Under the pieces are notes generated by a model. The model was not told the DNA's origin. It made no database searches and was given only the letters and a program-made list of their open reading frames with translations. Positions 14,354 to 17,371 of a DNA stretch of 17,371 bases are shown here, piece by piece. The position numbers and the translations under genes are program-made. Numbering within the stretch: position 1 is the first letter of the stretch; each line of letters begins with the position of its first letter. Source of the DNA: an uncultured Deferribacteres bacterium (GTDB lineage: Bacteria; Zhuqueibacterota; Zhuqueibacteria; Zhuqueibacterales; Geothermadaptataceae); NCBI GenBank assembly GCA_964014485.1, contig CAXHAT010000166.1, positions 1-17,371 on the forward strand, given 5' to 3'.

Positions 14354-17161
14354 CTAAAATTGAAATCCTACGCCAAGCTTGATTTCGCGCGGGGCGGCGA
14401 ACATGCCGGGGTTTTGAGCGGCGTCGAGAATATCGTTGAAATTGCTGCGAAAGGTCGCCAGCGCGGTTGGAGAGAGAATCGTGGTGTAGGCGCGACCTGT
14501 GGTTGGATTCACCGAAAGTTCGTTCAATCTGTCCAGCAAATTATACGCGGAAAGCGAGAACCGCACTTTGCGTCCGCCCCAAATCGGATAATCATAATGC
14601 GCTTTCAAATCGAGTTGATAATTGGACGGACGGCGCGCATTGTTCGGCAAAAGCGGCTGTTTTGAAAGCGGACTTTCCGAGATCGGCACGAAGCTGAACG
14701 GCAGACCGGAGTTGTAAAATGCGGTCAGATTGACGCCGTAATCAGGCTGATTGTAACCTACCGTTACATTAAACGTGTGACGCTGATCCCACGCCAGCGT
14801 GATGAGCGACGTGATCGGATCGCGGCTTTGGCCAAGACGCGAGAACGATGAGGTCGGATTGTCGGCGTTGCCGCGCGTGAACTGCCAGGTGTAATTCATG
14901 AAAATGGAAAACGGGGCCAGGAGCCAGTCATACTTGACTTCCAGACCTTTGACATTGCCGTAATCCTTGTTGCTGAAAACGCCGTACTTGATTTGGTTGT
15001 AGGTCGTCACGACAATCGCACTTTGCAGGTCGTAAATGTCGCGATAGTAGACCGAAAGCTCCAAGCCCATGTTCGGGACGATCTCTTGCCACACGCCCAT
15101 TTCGTACTGCACCGTGCGCTCCGCCTTGATCTGCGGATTGCCGTGAACGATGCGAAAATCGCCCGGCGGCACCAAAAAACCGGAGTTTTGAAACAGTGCG
15201 TAGAGCGGCGGCATCTGGAAAAAATGACCGTAGCTAAAACGAATCACCGCCGCCTGCCCGACGCGGTAGGACAAGCCAAATCGCGGGCTGATCTGCACTT
15301 TCGGGTCGGCTTCCGGATAAGTTGAAACGCGCTCCGGATTGTCCGGGAAAAGGAGCTGGTTCGCCGGGTTGCGCAACTGCGACGGATAGGTCGTGTTTGG
15401 ATTAAAGTAATCGTACCGCAGTCCAAGATTGAGCACCAGCGCGTCGAATTCCATCTTGTCCTGAAAGTAGGCGGAAAATTCATACGGCTCTTTTTTATAC
15501 CTGTCAACTTCAACGGATGAGTCGTCGACGATTTCCGGCAGATACGGGCCAAAAATGATGCGCTCTTGGTCAAAATCATAGCGCCCCTGCGTCGCGTCCG
15601 CGCCCGACTCTCCTTCCTGGCTGTTGCGCACGATAATTGGCTTGTTCTTGAGCTCGTGCTGCGTATACAAAAATCCCGCTTTTAAACTGTGCTGACGATG
15701 GGCCTGCCAGGTAATATCAAATTTGGCGTTATAGTTTTTAGTAAAGACGTCGGTGTGATGACGCTCCTGGCCGCCAGTGCGAAATCCGGCGTTGCCGCGG
15801 TCGTAAATATCGGAGACGTAGCGCGGATCGAGCGGATCCTTGAATAAATAACTGCGATTCCAGGCGTCGTTCAACGACAATTTGAGATCGTAAAACATGT
15901 TCGCGGAGAGCAAATGATTGAGTTGCAGCAGATAAAAATTGGAGTCGCGGTAATTCGTGGCCGACGCCATCGGCGTATATTTGTTGCCGTGATTGTAGCC
16001 TTTGCCCTGTTCATCAATGCGCGTGTAAAGAAGAGAGAGTTTGAAACTTGAAACAGGGGCGAAAGTCAATTTGCCGAAAAACGCCCCTCTTTTTGTCGTG
16101 TTCATCGGCACGAAGGAACTGTCCCCGCGCGCTTCGGAATAATAGCGCACGTCCTGATCATAAAAGTCCCACGGCGTGTCCGGGGCGGTCGGCTCCAGAA
16201 CCGGCGTGAGAAAATTGGTGAAATCATCGACGTTGAAGCGATTAATGCCGTTGAGATGCCCCTGAATGTCCTGGTAACGGTAGTTGGCGAAAAAGGTCAG
16301 TTTGCTGCCGATAATCGGCCCGTCGAGCTGGACTTTGTAGTCTTGGTTGCGGGTAAAATCGCTGTTTTTGAGGCCGATAAAAACGTCATTGTTGGGGGTC
16401 AAATAATTCGACACAAAGCCTTGAAAACTGCCGTGAAATTCCTTGCCGCCGTCTTTGGTAATGCCGTTGACCACGCCGCTGAGCGCCCGCCCATACTCGG
16501 CGTTGAAGGTGCCGGTGATTACTTCCAAATCCTGCACAACTTCGGTTTCGAGCTCAATTGTGCTGCGTTCGCCGCTGAAAGCCTCGTCAACCTGCATACC
16601 GTCGACGAGATAGGAAACTTCGGTCAAGCGGCCGCCGCGAAAATGCCCGGCAACAACGCCCGCCTGCATTTCTATGACGTCGGTTACGCTTTCTACCGGA
16701 AGACTGGAAATTTGCTCCGATGAAATATTCTTAATGGACGCAGTCTGGTCTTTTTTGATCGAAACCTTACTGGCTGTCACGACGACTTCTTCGCCCATTA
16801 CCGCCGCTTCTTTCATCTCAACATTGATCGCCGCCGTCCGGTTCACCGAGACGCGCACTTGTTCCACGATGACGGTCTCATAGCCAATCATTTGCACACG
16901 CAATTTGTAAGTTGCGGGCGGCAAATTGATAATAAAAAAATTGCCTTTCGCATCACTCGCGGCGCCGCGATTTGTACCGTCTACAATCACGTTCGCGCCA
17001 GGCAAAGCTTCTTTGGAAGCGGCGTCGATGATCCGCCCAGAGATTTTGCCGGTGGTTTGAGAATACGCTAAATTTGAAAAGAGAAGCAGTGAGAAGAAGA
17101 CGCTGAAAATGCGCTTTGTCATGGCAAACCGTATGCTCGGCGAAGTATTGGGAAACGTCAT
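14354..17161 (-). CDS. TonB-dependent receptor with N-terminal carboxypeptidase-regulatory-like domain
   Basis: Signal peptide, GKISGRIID...LPGANV...G.FFIINLPP domain, EEVVVTA TonB-box-like segment, plug (HFRGGR..EVSYLVDG, GTFNAEYG.ALSGVVN), barrel motifs (LGLRYDYF, ISPRFG, AERTVQYEMG, AYNLLD), C-terminal PREIKLGVGFQF. Alternative start at 17122. Confidence 0.95.
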   Translation of the reverse strand: MTFPNTSPSIRFAMTKRIFSVFFSLLLFSNLAYSQTTGKISGRIIDAASKEALPGANVIVDGTNRGAASDAKGNFFIINLPPATYKLRVQMIGYETVIVEQVRVSVNRTAAINVEMKEAAVMGEEVVVTASKVSIKKDQTASIKNISSEQISSLPVESVTDVIEMQAGVVAGHFRGGRLTEVSYLVDGMQVDEAFSGERSTIELETEVVQDLEVITGTFNAEYGRALSGVVNGITKDGGKEFHGSFQGFVSNYLTPNNDVFIGLKNSDFTRNQDYKVQLDGPIIGSKLTFFANYRYQDIQGHLNGINRFNVDDFTNFLTPVLEPTAPDTPWDFYDQDVRYYSEARGDSSFVPMNTTKRGAFFGKLTFAPVSSFKLSLLYTRIDEQGKGYNHGNKYTPMASATNYRDSNFYLLQLNHLLSANMFYDLKLSLNDAWNRSYLFKDPLDPRYVSDIYDRGNAGFRTGGQERHHTDVFTKNYNAKFDITWQAHRQHSLKAGFLYTQHELKNKPIIVRNSQEGESGADATQGRYDFDQERIIFGPYLPEIVDDSSVEVDRYKKEPYEFSAYFQDKMEFDALVLNLGLRYDYFNPNTTYPSQLRNPANQLLFPDNPERVSTYPEADPKVQISPRFGLSYRVGQAAVIRFSYGHFFQMPPLYALFQNSGFLVPPGDFRIVHGNPQIKAERTVQYEMGVWQEIVPNMGLELSVYYRDIYDLQSAIVVTTYNQIKYGVFSNKDYGNVKGLEVKYDWLLAPFSIFMNYTWQFTRGNADNPTSSFSRLGQSRDPITSLITLAWDQRHTFNVTVGYNQPDYGVNLTAFYNSGLPFSFVPISESPLSKQPLLPNNARRPSNYQLDLKAHYDYPIWGGRKVRFSLSAYNLLDRLNELSVNPTTGRAYTTILSPTALATFRSNFNDILDAAQNPGMFAAPREIKLGVGFQF

Positions 17162-17221
17162 TTCGCGTTTGAGTAGTTTTTCGGAATGATTCTAAAAGTG
17201 AAATTCAATCCATGAAAAATT

Positions 17222-17259
17222 CAAGCGCCGGTTGGGTTTATCAAATCAACCGGCGCTTG
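17222..17259 (-). terminator. Probable intrinsic terminator after the upstream partial gene
   Basis: Perfect 13-bp stem CAAGCGCCGGTTG/CAACCGGCGCTTG with 12-nt loop, followed on the minus strand by AATTTTT, 16 nt past a TAA stop. Confidence 0.7.
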
Positions 17260-17275
17260 TCTTTCAAATAAGATT

Positions 17276-17371
17276 TTAAGTAACTGATGTTACGCGCTTA
17301 CCAATAATGGATGCCGTAGATTGGTTTCCAGTTGCATCGAATATTGCAATTGAAAATAGAAATGCTTGACC
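17276..17371 (-). CDS. 3' end of an unknown protein (partial)
   Basis: Open frame from the right edge: GQAFLFSIAIFDATGNQSTASIIGKRVTSVT*, followed by the hairpin; DxxGNxS resembles Ig/FN3-like domain ends. Only 31 codons visible. Confidence 0.55.
   Translation of the reverse strand, partial: GQAFLFSIAIFDATGNQSTASIIGKRVTSVT

Noticed and set aside
7397..17071. Long plus-strand ORFs (7527..8333, 8463..9044, 9102..9734, 9930..10541, 11438..12115, 12758..13660, 16256..16723 and others)
   Set aside because: Antisense to well-supported minus-strand genes, no recognisable motifs; expected in GC-rich coding DNA.

Overview
All supportable genes in this 17.4-kb window lie on the minus strand. The gene content (TonB-dependent receptor, PorV/PorQ-like barrel, large protein with a T9SS-type C-terminal sorting domain, CRTAC1/ASPIC-UnbV protein, TolB-like propeller protein) suggests an FCB-group diderm such as KSB1/Calditrichota-like lineages; this is inference only. 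Order of transcription (right to left): 3' end of an unknown gene, terminator, TonB-dependent receptor, repeat-rich spacer, PorV-like protein, ChpI/MazE-MazF toxin-antitoxin (TA) pair, signal-peptide-bearing M55 (DppA-like) aminopeptidase, REPIN-like inverted repeat, 1183-aa secreted protein, 69-aa basic zinc-finger-like ORF, VOC/glyoxalase gene, hicB-hicA, frameshifted second VOC copy, frameshifted brnT with intact brnA, DinB-family gene with an in-frame TAG, CRTAC1-family protein, 292-aa hypothetical protein, and a PD40 beta-propeller protein running off the left edge (missed by the ORF track). The most notable structures are: (1) a duplicated unit of VOC gene + 47-bp promoter-like repeat ending exactly at an ATG, each copy followed by a different TA module; (2) a receptor/PorV/CTD-protein trio with no SusD partner in view, split by inserted cargo; (3) a cluster of short-period repeats and a gene-less inverted-repeat shell between the receptor and PorV genes. 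No database searches were possible; family calls rest on motif recognition.
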